Numbered from the stretch's first letter, positions 51,283 through 62,873 are shown. The stretch: DNA of 64,000 nucleotides from Candidatus Binatia bacterium (GCA_963664015.2 CAXXLF010000002.1:768001-832000); one strand, 5' to 3'. Made by a program: numbers and translations. The notes: generated by a model not told the origin, from the sequence alone.

Positions 51283-53103
51283 CTACTCTTGCACTTTAAC
51301 CTCGCTCCCTCTTTTACCCATATTCCATTCCTCGCGCTCGTATTGCAGGCGGTAGAGACGGTGATAGATGCCGCGCTTTTCTAATAGCTCCGCATGGGAG
51401 CCGATCTCGCGCACCTCCCCTTTATGTATGACAATGATTCGGTTGGCGTTTCGGATCGTGGAAAGTCGGTGAGCGATGACCAGGCAGGTTCGTTCCTTCA
51501 TCACGGTTTCCAAAGCGTCTTGAATCAGCAGTTCGGTCTCCGTGTCCACACTCGAAGTCGCCTCATCCAACACCAGGATCTCAGGATCGTAGACCAGTAC
51601 CCGAGCCATGGCCAGGAGTTGTCGTTGACCGGAAGAAAAGTTGCTGCCCCGCTCCCGTACCTGGGCGTTTAATTCTCCAGGCAGACGGCGAAGGAAACGC
51701 TCTGCATGGGTGGCCTGCACTGCCTTCTGGACCCGTTCCAATGGCACCGAGGAGTCCCCCAGCGTGAGGTTGCTCAAGACGTCGCCTGAGAACAGGAATA
51801 CATCCTGGAGGACCACGCCGATGTGCCGTCTCAACGCCTGCAGATCCCAGTCCCTGACATCCGCCCCATCCACCGCAACGGACCCTTGCTGTACGTCATA
51901 AAAGCGGCTGAGGAGTTTTATGGTGGTGGTCTTACCGGAACCGGTCGCTCCGACCACGGCGACTCTCTCTCCCGGAGCGATTCGAAAGGTCACCCCTTTG
52001 AGGACCGGGTCGGCTTCCCGATAACCAAACCATACATCGTTAAACGCAATTTCACCCCGGAAGGGGCTGGGGATGACGGGCTGCTTGGGACTCGTGATGG
52101 GCAGAGGGGTGTCGAGAAGCTGGAAGATCCGCTCGGCGGCAGTCATGGCCGACTGCATCACGGCGTATTTTTGGCTGAAGTCGCGCATGGGAATAAAGAA
52201 CCGGTGGATATACTCCTTAAACGCAACCAGAGTCCCGATCCCGATGGCCTGATTCAAGACCTCCCCTCCCCCATACCACAACAGAAGCGCCACACTGACG
52301 GAACCGGCGGCTTCTACCATAGAGAAGAGGGAAGCTTCATAAATATTGGACATTTGGATCGCATCCCGATGGGCACTATTGAGCTCGTCGAACTCGTCGA
52401 ACGTCTTTTGCTCGCGAACAAACAACTGGACAATGGACATGCCGGAAATCGCTTCGCCTAGGTATCCATTGATCCTTGAGATTCGCTCCCGTACGAGTCG
52501 GTAGATCTGACGGGCCCTGATTCGGAAAAAATTGATCGCCAGGGCGACAGGAGGGATCAGGGCCAGAGAAACCAGCGCCAGACCCGGGTGCAGAGAGAAC
52601 ATGATGACCACAATCCAGACAAGCATGATGACATCCGCCGCCAACGTCATAATTCCGGCAGCGAACATTTCCTGCAGAACCTCCACGTCGGTGGTCATCC
52701 GGGTCATCAGCCGACCGACCGGGTGCCGGTCGAAGGTACTCATGGGTATTCTCTGCACATGGGCGAATACGCTGACGCGAAGGTCGGCCAAGGCCTTCTG
52801 GGCGACCTGCATGGTTAAAAAATACTGGAAATAAAGAGTGATCATCTCCCCGAGAACCGCTGCGGCGAAGAGGCCTGCGGCAAATCCCAGGCCCCACATA
52901 TCCGCACCCGCGATATACCGATCGATGGCGACCTTCATGATGTATGGCTGGGCGAGGCCACACGCCTGCTGTACCGGGAGAAGAAGAACGGACAGCCAGA
53001 ATACGCCCTGGTAGGGCGCTATGAACTGCCACATCCGCTTTATCAGTTTTAGATCGTAGGCCTTCTCTGCAAAGACCTCTTCTTGTTGTGTCTCGGCGTT
53101 CAT
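51283..53103 (-). CDS. ABC exporter, fused TMD-NBD (MdlB/YheH-like)
   Basis: GATGSGKTT, FSSGQRQL, LDEATSSVD, IAHRLSTI. Confidence 0.93.
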   Translation of the reverse strand: MNAETQQEEVFAEKAYDLKLIKRMWQFIAPYQGVFWLSVLLLPVQQACGLAQPYIMKVAIDRYIAGADMWGLGFAAGLFAAAVLGEMITLYFQYFLTMQVAQKALADLRVSVFAHVQRIPMSTFDRHPVGRLMTRMTTDVEVLQEMFAAGIMTLAADVIMLVWIVVIMFSLHPGLALVSLALIPPVALAINFFRIRARQIYRLVRERISRINGYLGEAISGMSIVQLFVREQKTFDEFDELNSAHRDAIQMSNIYEASLFSMVEAAGSVSVALLLWYGGGEVLNQAIGIGTLVAFKEYIHRFFIPMRDFSQKYAVMQSAMTAAERIFQLLDTPLPITSPKQPVIPSPFRGEIAFNDVWFGYREADPVLKGVTFRIAPGERVAVVGATGSGKTTTIKLLSRFYDVQQGSVAVDGADVRDWDLQALRRHIGVVLQDVFLFSGDVLSNLTLGDSSVPLERVQKAVQATHAERFLRRLPGELNAQVRERGSNFSSGQRQLLAMARVLVYDPEILVLDEATSSVDTETELLIQDALETVMKERTCLVIAHRLSTIRNANRIIVIHKGEVREIGSHAELLEKRGIYHRLYRLQYEREEWNMGKRGSEVKVQE

Positions 53104-54867
53104 CTATAGTTGTTCCAGCTCTTCAGACAACTGTTGCTGGTGAAAAAGATCGGCATAGAGCCCATCCTCTTGCACCAGAGACTGATGGTCTCCCCTCTGC
53201 AGCACCGTACCTTCGTTTAGGACCAGGATTTCATCGGCTCCCCTGACCGTAGATATCCGATGGGAAATGATAATGCAGGTCTTATCCTTGAGGAGATCCT
53301 CGAACTCGTTCAGGATGTCCCGTTCGGTCTCGGCATCGACGCTGGAAAGGCAATCGTCCAGGATGATAAACGGTGCATGAAATAAAATGGCCCGCCCCAG
53401 AGTGGCCCTCTGTTTCTGCCCTCCGGAAAGAGCGATACCCCGTTCCCCAACGATAGTGTCCAGCCCGTTAATGAAACCTTCCACGTCCTGGTCGAGCCGG
53501 GCCGCGTGCACAGCCTCCTGAATAGCCGTGTCCGAGGCATCATCACTGCCGTAGGCCAGATTGCTTGCCAAGGTGCTGGAAAAAAGAAACGCGTCCTGTG
53601 GCACGTAACCTACGGCGCGCCGTAAGTCGGTTAGGGACAGGCTACGAATATCCTGACCACCGATGCGGATCTCCCCCGCCGATACGTCATAGAGCCGCGG
53701 GATGAGCTGGACCAACGAGGTCTTTCCAGCCCCTGTGCGTCCCACGATTCCCAATTTTTTCCCCCGTGGGAGGTGAAAGCTTATGTCCTTCAATGCCATC
53801 TCACCGTTGGTATTACCGCCGTAGGCAAAGCAAACATCGCGGAACTCGATGCCCTTACCCGATTGGGGTAGAGGAACAGGCCGGGCCGGATCCCCAATGG
53901 CCGGCTCAACCCTGAAAATCTCTTCGATTCGCCCCATGGACGCCCTTCCCCGCTCCACGAGGGCTAGCATCCACCCAAAAGCAGCCGTCGGCCACGCCAA
54001 GACATTGAGATACGCGATGAAGGCCACCACATCGGCCATCATCAGGTCTCCGGAGATAACCCGGACACCGCCATACCAGAGGATCACCAGAATGGTCAGC
54101 CCGCTGATAGCACCCATAAAGGGGTGGACCAGGCCACGGAGCTGCGCCATTTCCATGTTTCTTGCTTGATACTCTTTATTGAGATCTACGAACCGACGGG
54201 TTTGGTCTTGCTCACGCCCGTAGGCCTTCACCACGTGTATGCCGCTCAAGTTTTCCTGGACATGGCTGCTAAGTGCCGACATCTGCTGCTGGAGCTTAAG
54301 GGAGACGCTCTGAATCTTGCCCCTGAACCTTCGGAAGGCCCAAGCCATGAGCGGATAGGTCAGGACCACTACCAAGGTCATTCGCACGTCCATCTGGAGC
54401 ATGAGCACCATGGCGTAGAGGTAGTAGAGGGGAGCGTTGATCATGTTCAGAATGCCGGGTCCCAGGAGCATGCGAACGCTATTGATATCATTGATCGCAC
54501 GGGACATGAGGTCCCCGGTCCTCTGGGAGCGGTAATAGGACAGGGGCAATTTCAATAGATGGGCAAACACATCGTTTCTGAGCTCGTACTCCACGGCGCG
54601 ACCCGAGTTGAAGATGAGAAAGCGGGAAAAGGTACGCATCAACCCTTGGCCTACAGCAGCTCCCATGATCGCCATTGCATAAAAGACCACGTCCTCGTTG
54701 GGCCCTCCACGCTCGATGATGATTATCGCGGATCGAATCCACCACGGGATCACCATGACCAAGGTAGCGGTCAAAAAGAGGCATACGCCTCCGAGAAAAT
54801 AGCTCTGCCAATGGCGCCAGAGATAAATCCTCAATTTTTGCATCCCGGTCATTTGAACTACCGCCAT
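53104..54867 (-). CDS. ABC exporter, fused TMD-NBD (MdlA/YheI-like)
   Basis: GRTGAGKT, LSGGQKQR, degenerate LDDCLSSVD; heterodimer partner of the adjacent gene. Confidence 0.93.
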   Translation of the reverse strand: MAVVQMTGMQKLRIYLWRHWQSYFLGGVCLFLTATLVMVIPWWIRSAIIIIERGGPNEDVVFYAMAIMGAAVGQGLMRTFSRFLIFNSGRAVEYELRNDVFAHLLKLPLSYYRSQRTGDLMSRAINDINSVRMLLGPGILNMINAPLYYLYAMVLMLQMDVRMTLVVVLTYPLMAWAFRRFRGKIQSVSLKLQQQMSALSSHVQENLSGIHVVKAYGREQDQTRRFVDLNKEYQARNMEMAQLRGLVHPFMGAISGLTILVILWYGGVRVISGDLMMADVVAFIAYLNVLAWPTAAFGWMLALVERGRASMGRIEEIFRVEPAIGDPARPVPLPQSGKGIEFRDVCFAYGGNTNGEMALKDISFHLPRGKKLGIVGRTGAGKTSLVQLIPRLYDVSAGEIRIGGQDIRSLSLTDLRRAVGYVPQDAFLFSSTLASNLAYGSDDASDTAIQEAVHAARLDQDVEGFINGLDTIVGERGIALSGGQKQRATLGRAILFHAPFIILDDCLSSVDAETERDILNEFEDLLKDKTCIIISHRISTVRGADEILVLNEGTVLQRGDHQSLVQEDGLYADLFHQQQLSEELEQL

Positions 54868-54873
54868 TAGCTC

Positions 54874-55113
54874 TCAGCGCTCCAATCTCTTTTTAAGTTC
54901 CCCCGCCGAAACCCGGTATTTGAAGGCCTTGCGCCGGTCGATAAACAGAACTGGGACCTCGGCACCGAAGGCTTCTGTCAACTGGGGCGAACTATCCACA
55001 TCGATTTCATCAAGCTCTATGGGATTCGCCCTGGCGACCTTCCGGATGACCTCTTTCATCTCCTCACATAGACAGCTGTGCCTTCGTGTGTAAAGCGTGA
55101 GATGCCGGTTCAT
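54874..55113 (-). CDS. Glutaredoxin-like protein (DUF836)
   Basis: LTLYTR..SCLCEE...IDVD...EVPVLFID; own RBS and ATG inside the longer ORF call. Confidence 0.7.
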   Translation of the reverse strand: MNRHLTLYTRRHSCLCEEMKEVIRKVARANPIELDEIDVDSSPQLTEAFGAEVPVLFIDRRKAFKYRVSAGELKKRLER

Positions 55114-55169
55114 TCCCGTTCCTCGGTTGAAATAATGATGTCCTTGGGAATGGACAGGGCGCCAAAGAG

Positions 55170-56050
55170 GAACTCGGAAAGGGTGCTTGATCGGCCCTTT
55201 GACATTGAAACTCGCCACCAGAAGCGAATTCTTGATCCCTGCTATTCCCCTGCCTATGAAATGGATCCGGTTAACCGCCGAGTCGACCCCAGGGAAGGGG
55301 CGCATGGCAATGACAAAATCTATTTTGTCTTTGGCCCCATCGATCTCCCCGGCCCCGCTGATACGCAGCTCTTCGCCGGACACCAACAGATTGCGCGTCG
55401 AGTACACCCCACGGGCGATTTTAAAGTCGCCGCTAACGGTCTCAAAAGGAACACCTTCTTGATTGATATCAGGCATTTTAAGTGTAAACCAACGGGATAA
55501 ATCTAAAACGCTCAAGATACGCACCAGGACCGCCATCCTGCGTATGACTCCCTTTCGCGCCCGGAGCTTGAATCCGCCCTCCAGGTTTTGTTTTTTCTCG
55601 GCAATCGTTTTACCACGGGTCTCAAAGGTTCCGCTCAGGTCGACCCGGCCGGACACCTCCCCTATGTCTTTGCCGAAAAAGCCCAATACCCCACTGGCGG
55701 GAACGTTTTGAATCCGCGACTCGATGGCTAGGAGCGGTTCCTCGGGCTAGTCGATAATCGACGCGGTACCGTCGATGGTTCCCCCTTCTGATTTGGCAGA
55801 AAAATTGTCAAAGAGCCAGTGTCGTCGGTCCAGAGAAATATTGCTCTTGAGATTGGAAAAGCGGAGGCGCTTGTCCCCCCCTTATCGATCTCCACCCTCC
55901 CCTTGATCTGCAACTCATCGTAGAAACGAGCTACCGCCGGGGATGCCGGTTTTTTAGGCCTCTCCCGAGGCAAGAGCTCGGTAAAATCCATATCGACGGC
56001 CTTCGAGGTGAATGTCAGCTGGGGACTTCCCCTATACGCCAATCGGCCCT
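55170..56050 (-). pseudogene. AsmA-like protein, C-terminal frameshifted fragment
   Basis: FETVSGDFKIARGV, ISGAGEID, SFNVKGP spread over several frames; no N-terminus. Confidence 0.7.
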
Positions 56051-56641
56051 TGAAATCACCTTGCCACCAAGCCCCGGGATCCGTATTTTGAGACCACGAA
56101 AATCCGACGTCGGATTGATACACTTACGAAACCACCCTCCCATTTGCATTCCAGTAGAGGCCGACGGTCGAGGCACGAGACCGAAGCTCTCGTAGGTCTC
56201 TTCCCAGAGTTTCAGGCCACCGCCCGAGTACAACCACGCGTACTGTCCCTCGGCGTTCAGCCCGAAGGGGACTGCCGTAAACCACTGGACCGCGGGCTCC
56301 TTGCCCGCCCAGTAATACGACGCGGCATTGTACATTTCGATGGTCCCCTGCTGACAGGCATCGAACGCACCGCTTCCTGGAACCAATTCGCCGGCGGCAA
56401 ACACCCGGATTTTAAGCTGACCACCGCTCATTTCCTCAACGACGGTGGCAAATCTCCTGGCGTTGCCCAAGAGGATATCCAGGGCCGGGGTCCAGGCCGT
56501 TACCATACGCCACTCAAAATGGGGACGTGGGATGACCTAAGGTACGCTATCCTGACGGCTTTCCTGTCGGCACCCTGCAACGGTTGCCTCCGCGGAAGCC
56601 AACGCGCCTCCCGCTGTTAAAAGAAATTCCCGCCGTTCCAT
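56050..56641 (-). pseudogene. TRAP substrate-binding protein (DctP/TakP-like), N-terminal fragment
   Basis: Tat-like MERREFL, in-frame stop, WRMVTAW, YYWAGK, QMGGWFRK, GLKIRIPGLGG, then truncated. Confidence 0.85.
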
Positions 56642-56718
56642 CAATCCATGCCACCAATCCCCCAGCTTGACAGGTCTACTCTTATCATCCAGACTTCAAA
56701 TAATCGAGGCGTTATAAG

Positions 56719-57657
56719 GTGGCAGTTAAAGATGTGTTTCTCGCCCAACCCCGGGGATTTTGCGCCGGGGTGGAGATGGCGGTGGATACGGTTGAACGGG
56801 CACTGCAAAAGTTTGGTGCCCCCGTTTACGTTTTCCACGAGATCGTCCATAATCGCAGCGTCGTTGAGGACTTCCAGCGCCGAGGCGTGATATTCGTCCA
56901 GTCGGTGGAAGAGGTCCCAACGGGCGCAACGCTTATCTTCAGCGCCCATGGGATCTCGCCCGCCGTTAACGGCGAGGCCAAGGCGAAAGAGCTCCAATTG
57001 ATCCTGGACGCCACCTGTCCCCTGGTCGAGAAGGTGCACCGGGAGGTGCGCCGGTACAACACCCAGAGTTATTGGATCTTCCTTATCGGACAGAGAGGCC
57101 ACGACGAGATTGTCGGCACCAGCGGTGAAGCCCCCAAGCGTATACAAATCGTGTCAACCGTTGAGGAGGCCCATCGGGTCGATGTTCCCGACCCAAAACG
57201 GGTTGCCGTTCTAACCCAGACCACCCTGAGCATCGATGACACCAGAGAGATCATCGAGGCCCTCAAGAAAAGATTCCCCAACATGATCGTTCCGGCTAAG
57301 GACGATATCTGCTACGCGACCCAGAATCGCCAGGACGCCGTCAAGGAACTGGCTGGGCAAGTGGAACTGATACTAGTGATCGGGTCCCCTAATAGCGAAA
57401 ATTCCAACCAGCTCTGCCGGGTCGCCAACTCTAAGGGGACTCGGGCTTACCTGATAAACAGCATCAACGAACTCGACCCCAACTGGCTCGAGGGTGTGGA
57501 ACGGCTCGGCATTACGTCCGGGGCCTCAGCCCCCGAACATCTCGTACAAGAGGCAGCGGGGTATTTCAAACAAAGGGGCGCCCATGTAACCAGCATCGGC
57601 TTTAAGGAACAGGAGATCCATTTTGCTCTCCCCGATGGCCTAGAAGCCTCTTCCTGA
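56719..57657 (+). CDS. ispH: 4-hydroxy-3-methylbut-2-enyl diphosphate reductase
   Basis: PRGFCAGV, IVHN, SAHG, DATCPLV, DICYATQNRQ, TSGASAP. Confidence 0.97.
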   Translation: MAVKDVFLAQPRGFCAGVEMAVDTVERALQKFGAPVYVFHEIVHNRSVVEDFQRRGVIFVQSVEEVPTGATLIFSAHGISPAVNGEAKAKELQLILDATCPLVEKVHREVRRYNTQSYWIFLIGQRGHDEIVGTSGEAPKRIQIVSTVEEAHRVDVPDPKRVAVLTQTTLSIDDTREIIEALKKRFPNMIVPAKDDICYATQNRQDAVKELAGQVELILVIGSPNSENSNQLCRVANSKGTRAYLINSINELDPNWLEGVERLGITSGASAPEHLVQEAAGYFKQRGAHVTSIGFKEQEIHFALPDGLEASS

Positions 57658-57683
57658 AGCCTCCACGGGCTTACACCCATGCC
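57655..57683 (+). repeat. Partial copy of the TGAAGCC element
   Basis: TGAAGCCTCCACGGGCTTACACCCATG begins at the ispH stop codon. Confidence 0.6.
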
Positions 57684-57824
57684 TTTCTCTGGAGGTGGAC
57701 AAATTTCCTCCCCATTTACACCAAATATCATTGAAGCTTAAAAGATAGGCATTTGCCTATTTTTTGCCCATCAATTTTTGGGCTTGTGTCAGCTAAATCC
57801 CTGTAGTAATAGAAACCGGTCCAG

Positions 57825-57840
57825 TGGCATATGAATTGCA
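57825..57840 (+). promoter_or_regulatory. Sigma54 -24/-12 promoter of amtB-glnA-PII
   Basis: TGGCATATGAATTGCA fits TGGCAC-N5-TTGC. Confidence 0.75.
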
Positions 57841-57901
57841 ATCTCATCGGGTACATCACGGAAAAAATATTATCATCGACAAATAGGGGGAGGATCGAAA
57901 C

Positions 57902-59227
57902 GTGATTGAGCAGAAAAGAATTTGGATGGTACTTTCATTTTTAATTGCCGTCGCCGCATATTTAGTCGCGACCCCGGCCCTTGCTCAACAGGCGGCTCCG
58001 CCTCCAACCATAGACTCGGGAGATACAGCCTGGATTCTCACCTCTTCCGCTCTGGTTTTGATGATGACTATTCCGGGACTATTCCTCTTTTACGGTGGTT
58101 TGGTTCGGGGAAAGAATATTCTCGGAACGATCATGCATAGCTTCATCATCGTGGCCCTGATCAGCGTCCAATGGGTCCTTTGGGGCTACAGCCTATCCTT
58201 CGGTCCCGACATCGGCGGTATCGTGGGCAGCCTAGCCTGGTTCGGCCTAAACGGCGTTGGCGTCGAGCCGTCGAGCTACGCACCGACGATTCCCCACCAG
58301 GCCTTTATGGTCTTTCAAATGATGTTCGCCATCATCACCCCGGCACTTATCACGGGAGCCTTTGCCGAACGAGCCAAGTTCAGCACCTTCCTTGTCTTCA
58401 TCCTGCTTTGGTCGACCTTTATATACGACCCCCTCTGCCACTGGGTATGGGGCGGTGGTTGGATAGGGTCCATGGGAGCCATGGATTTTGCCGGAGGCAC
58501 AGTCGTCCATATCAGTTCCGGCGTATCCGCCCTAGCAGCGGCCATCATGTTTGGTAAGCGGGCAGGCTACGGGAGGGAACCCATGCCGCCCCACAATCTG
58601 CCTTTCAGCGTCATAGGAGCATCCCTACTGTGGGTGGGCTGGTTTGGCTTCAATGCTGGTAGCGCCCTGGCAGCCGATGGACTCGCCACAATCGCCTTTG
58701 TTACGACCCATACGGCAACGGCGGGAGCCGTGCTGTCGTGGATGTTTATGGACTGGGCATTGAAGGGCAAGCCAACCGCTCTGGGAGCGGCCAGCGGTGC
58801 CGTCGCAGGGCTAGTGGCCATAACACCGGCAGCGGGCTTTGTGACCCCGATTTCGGCACTGATTATCGGTATCGTCGCCGGAATACTTTGCTCCACAGCA
58901 TGTAATTTGAAATCCAAATTGGGCTACGACGACTCCCTCGATGTGGTCGGGGTCCATGGGGTCGGCGGTATCTGGGGCGCATTGGCAACTGGTCTTTTTG
59001 CCTCAACGGCAGTAAATTCGGCCGGAAGTAATGGCCTTTTTTACGGCAATCCGGGGCAGCTCTGGATCCAGTTCGTAGCCGTCCTGGCGACCGCTGTACT
59101 GGCCTTTGTCGGCACCTTTATTATTCTTGGGATCCTCAAGATCACCATGGGGCTCAGGGTCAGTGAGGAAGAAGAGAGCATGGGGTTGGATCTAGGCCAG
59201 CACAACGAGAAGGGATATTCCATCTAG
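57902..59227 (+). CDS. amtB: Ammonium transporter
   Basis: FQMMFAIIT, DFAGGTVVHI, GWFGFNAGS, DDSLDVVGVHG. Confidence 0.97.
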   Translation: MIEQKRIWMVLSFLIAVAAYLVATPALAQQAAPPPTIDSGDTAWILTSSALVLMMTIPGLFLFYGGLVRGKNILGTIMHSFIIVALISVQWVLWGYSLSFGPDIGGIVGSLAWFGLNGVGVEPSSYAPTIPHQAFMVFQMMFAIITPALITGAFAERAKFSTFLVFILLWSTFIYDPLCHWVWGGGWIGSMGAMDFAGGTVVHISSGVSALAAAIMFGKRAGYGREPMPPHNLPFSVIGASLLWVGWFGFNAGSALAADGLATIAFVTTHTATAGAVLSWMFMDWALKGKPTALGAASGAVAGLVAITPAAGFVTPISALIIGIVAGILCSTACNLKSKLGYDDSLDVVGVHGVGGIWGALATGLFASTAVNSAGSNGLFYGNPGQLWIQFVAVLATAVLAFVGTFIILGILKITMGLRVSEEEESMGLDLGQHNEKGYSI

Positions 59228-59331
59228 CCCCCGTAGCCAGTCTCCGGGGGACTACCCCCGGGGGAAAATAAATGCTAATAGATTCGATTCAAAAATTTTC
59301 CAACATTTGAGGGAAAGAGAGGGATAAGATA

Positions 59332-60747
59332 ATGACACCCAGCGAGGTATTAGAGTATGCCAAGAAAAACCAAGTAGAAATCGTTGATTTAAGGTTCTGC
59401 GACCTGCCGGGTCTCTGGCAGCATTTTTCCATAACGATGACTCAGTTCGACGAAGATCTGTTCGAGAACGGAATCGGCTTTGATGGTTCTAGCATCCGCG
59501 GGTTTCAGACCATCCATGAATCGGACATGCTTCTATTCCCGGATCCGGACACGGCCGTTCTCGACCCTTTTACTGCCCTGCCCACGTTGATCCTCATCTG
59601 CTCCGTCAAAGACCCAATCACAAGGCAGTCCTATACGAGAGATCCCCGCTACGTGGCCCAAAAGGCTGAGATGTATCTCAAATCTACGGGGCTAGCGGAT
59701 ACGAGCTACTGGGGGCCCGAGATCGAGTTCTACGTGTTCGACAACGTGCGTTTCGATCAGAGCTCCAATCACGGCTTTTACTACGTGGACTCGGAAGAGG
59801 GTGCCTGGAATACAGGCAGCGATGAGAGACCCAACCTGGGATATAAGCCCAGGTATAAAGAGGGGTACTTCCCGGTCCCTCCCATGGACCATTTGCAGGA
59901 TCTTCGGTCGGAGATGGTTCGTACGCTTGAGAAGAGCGGCATACCGGTAGAGGTCCATCACCACGAGGTCGGTACCGGTGGCCAATGCGAGATCGACCTA
60001 CGTTTTACAACGCTGGTCAAGATGGCCGACCAGGTATTGATGTACAAGTACATCGTCAAGAACGTGGCAAGGAAAAACGGCAAGACCGTAACCATGATGC
60101 CCAAGCCCCTCTTTATGGACAACGGCTCCGGTATGCACACCCACCAGAGCCTCTGGAAAAACGGCAAAAACGTCTTTTACGATCCAAAGAACTACGGGCT
60201 GATCAGCGATACGACCCGTTACTACATCGGGGGACTGCTCAAACATGCCCCCGCCCTCTGTGGTTTAATCGCACCGAGCACCAATTCGTATCGCAGGTTG
60301 GTACCGGGCTACGAGGCTCCTATCAATCTGGTCTATTCACTGAGGAACCGGAGCGCTTGTATACGTATTCCGGTCTATTCGACTAGCGAGAAGGCAAGGC
60401 GGCTCGAATTCAGAACTCCCGACCCAAGCTGCAATGCGTACTTATCCTTTTCGGCGCAGCTGATGGCCGGTCTGGACGGCGTCAAGAACAAGATCGAGCC
60501 GCCCAAGCCCATCGATAAGGACCTTTATGAACTCTCTCCTGAAGAGGCAGCTGATGTGAAGTCGATACCAACATCCCTCGATGCGTCTCTGGAGGCCTTG
60601 GAGAAGGACCATGACTTTCTGCTCGTCGGGGACGTCTTTACCAAAGATGTGATTGACACATGGATCAACTTCAAGCGCACCAAAGAGATAGAACCCATGC
60701 GGCTGAGGCCCCATCCCCACGAATTCGCTCTTTATTATGACATTTAA
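59332..60747 (+). CDS. glnA: Glutamine synthetase type I
   Basis: [36 protein letters not shown]. Confidence 0.98.
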   Translation: MTPSEVLEYAKKNQVEIVDLRFCDLPGLWQHFSITMTQFDEDLFENGIGFDGSSIRGFQTIHESDMLLFPDPDTAVLDPFTALPTLILICSVKDPITRQSYTRDPRYVAQKAEMYLKSTGLADTSYWGPEIEFYVFDNVRFDQSSNHGFYYVDSEEGAWNTGSDERPNLGYKPRYKEGYFPVPPMDHLQDLRSEMVRTLEKSGIPVEVHHHEVGTGGQCEIDLRFTTLVKMADQVLMYKYIVKNVARKNGKTVTMMPKPLFMDNGSGMHTHQSLWKNGKNVFYDPKNYGLISDTTRYYIGGLLKHAPALCGLIAPSTNSYRRLVPGYEAPINLVYSLRNRSACIRIPVYSTSEKARRLEFRTPDPSCNAYLSFSAQLMAGLDGVKNKIEPPKPIDKDLYELSPEEAADVKSIPTSLDASLEALEKDHDFLLVGDVFTKDVIDTWINFKRTKEIEPMRLRPHPHEFALYYDI

Positions 60748-61131
<384 letters not shown>

Positions 61132-61148
61132 TTAATCGGAACTAGAGT

Positions 61149-61172
61149 AATCGGCCCATTAGGGGCCGATTA
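61149..61172 (+). terminator. Hairpin after the PII gene
   Basis: TAATCGGCCC...GGGCCGATTA inverted repeat. Confidence 0.6.
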
Positions 61173-61223
61173 TCCAATTTACCTAAACTTGTTTCGACCC
61201 ACCCACTAGCACCTGATTAATTT

Positions 61224-62873
61224 TCAGCTCCCCGGCTTTTTATCGGTGCCGGACTTAGACTCTTTTCCTTTAGCTTCAACCTCGGTCGGATTGCCCGGCT
61301 CGAAACCGCCGGTTTCGTGATAAACAACCTTCGACTCCTCCTCATAGGCCGCAACTGTCGGAATCTCACCCGGCAGACCCAACTCGCGCCAGCGGGAGGC
61401 AACCTTATCGTAGGTCTCCTTGCGGAGTTTGGTTCGTTTGGAAAAAACCGGTAGGTAGCGGTGTTCCATACAAGCATTGATCAGGGCCTTTGAACCGTAC
61501 GGCCGTTCCTCCGGTGGGTTCTGGGTTGGATCGAGCCAGGTGCTCCATGTGTTCTTGAGGATATCTATGTCCTCCACCGGGTTGCAGCGACTGCTCATGG
61601 CCCAGATGACTTGATTGATGTCGGAAGCCTCGATGTCCTCGTCGACGGCAATGATCCACTTGGTATAATAAGCGCCCCCTGGAACCTGAGCTGCCAAGGC
61701 CAGCGTCTGGGCCGCATGGCCTGCATAGCGCTGCTCGAGGCTAATGACCGTCATCCCGAATCCTCCGGTCGCAGCCGGGTGGGCATAAACTCCACGGATA
61801 CCCGGTATACCGAGCTTATCGAGATCCTCCCAAATACGGGCTGAGCGAATGACGCTGAAGAAGCCGCTTTGCTCGCAAGAGGGATAGTCCGCCATCAGGG
61901 CATTGGTCATAATTGGATTGGAACGATAGTGAACCGCCGTCACATCGATCAGGGGACAGCCGGCCTCAGGCCGGCCGTAGTAACCGGTAAACTCGCCAAA
62001 GGGTCCTTCCGTCTTGATTGATTGGGGGCGGATAACACCTTCGATAACCAGTTCCGCATTGGCCGGCAGTAACAGATCGCACGTGGTGGCCTTCACTACC
62101 GGGATGGGTTGCCCCTTCACTCCACCGGCAAACTCGTACTCGGAAACGTTTTTTGGGAAGGTCTGAGAACCTATGATCATAAACAGCGGATCTATGCCCC
62201 AAGCGGCGGCAACGTGGATGGACTCTCCCTTTTGCCAGGCACGTGTAATATGGAGACGGGCGTCCTTGCCCGGCGAGAGATAGAGGCCAACCTGACGATC
62301 GCCTTGCAACATCATCCGGTACGTTCCAATGTTTATATAGCCCGAATCCGGATCACGGGTGAATACGGCATCTGCTGTTCCAGCATAGCGTCCACCATCC
62401 AGTGGCCAATGTTTTGGAACGGGCAACTGGCTCAAGTCCACCTGAGAACCGGTCCAGTTATTTTCAAAAAGAGGTGCCTCACTCTGGGGCACCTCTCTGG
62501 GTGGAATTCGTCGTTTCAGCTTTTCCTTGGCTCGCTGAATCAATTCCAGCGTTGAGGTATCGGGAGGTTCTTCCAGCGTCAAAGCGACCCGCCTCATGCT
62601 GGGCCCAAGGATATTCCAGAGTAGCTGGGCCCCAACGGGGCTCTTTTCATAGCCCTTCACCCGGTCGAATAGGATTGCCGGCGACGGGTCTTGTTTGGCA
62701 ACCAGATATCCGATGGTACTCATCTCCTCGTCCCAGTTGACCACTTGATTGATCCGCAGCAACTCGCCGAGTTCCTCGACACGTTGGAGCCACTGGCGCA
62801 GGTCCTGGATCGGCTCCTTTCCCTCTGTGCTGGCCTCTTTTAATTCGGCGGAACGCTTTTCAACTTTCGCCAT
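61224..62873 (-). CDS. UbiD-family (de)carboxylase, second subfamily
   Basis: DGGRYAGT, NIGTYR, EGPFGEFTGYY, VDEDI. Confidence 0.92.
   Translation of the reverse strand: MAKVEKRSAELKEASTEGKEPIQDLRQWLQRVEELGELLRINQVVNWDEEMSTIGYLVAKQDPSPAILFDRVKGYEKSPVGAQLLWNILGPSMRRVALTLEEPPDTSTLELIQRAKEKLKRRIPPREVPQSEAPLFENNWTGSQVDLSQLPVPKHWPLDGGRYAGTADAVFTRDPDSGYINIGTYRMMLQGDRQVGLYLSPGKDARLHITRAWQKGESIHVAAAWGIDPLFMIIGSQTFPKNVSEYEFAGGVKGQPIPVVKATTCDLLLPANAELVIEGVIRPQSIKTEGPFGEFTGYYGRPEAGCPLIDVTAVHYRSNPIMTNALMADYPSCEQSGFFSVIRSARIWEDLDKLGIPGIRGVYAHPAATGGFGMTVISLEQRYAGHAAQTLALAAQVPGGAYYTKWIIAVDEDIEASDINQVIWAMSSRCNPVEDIDILKNTWSTWLDPTQNPPEERPYGSKALINACMEHRYLPVFSKRTKLRKETYDKVASRWRELGLPGEIPTVAAYEEESKVVYHETGGFEPGNPTEVEAKGKESKSGTDKKPGS

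Noticed and set aside
54874-55686. Genuine AsmA-glutaredoxin fusion protein
   Set aside because: The AsmA part is a broken fragment and the glutaredoxin has its own RBS and ATG at 55113.
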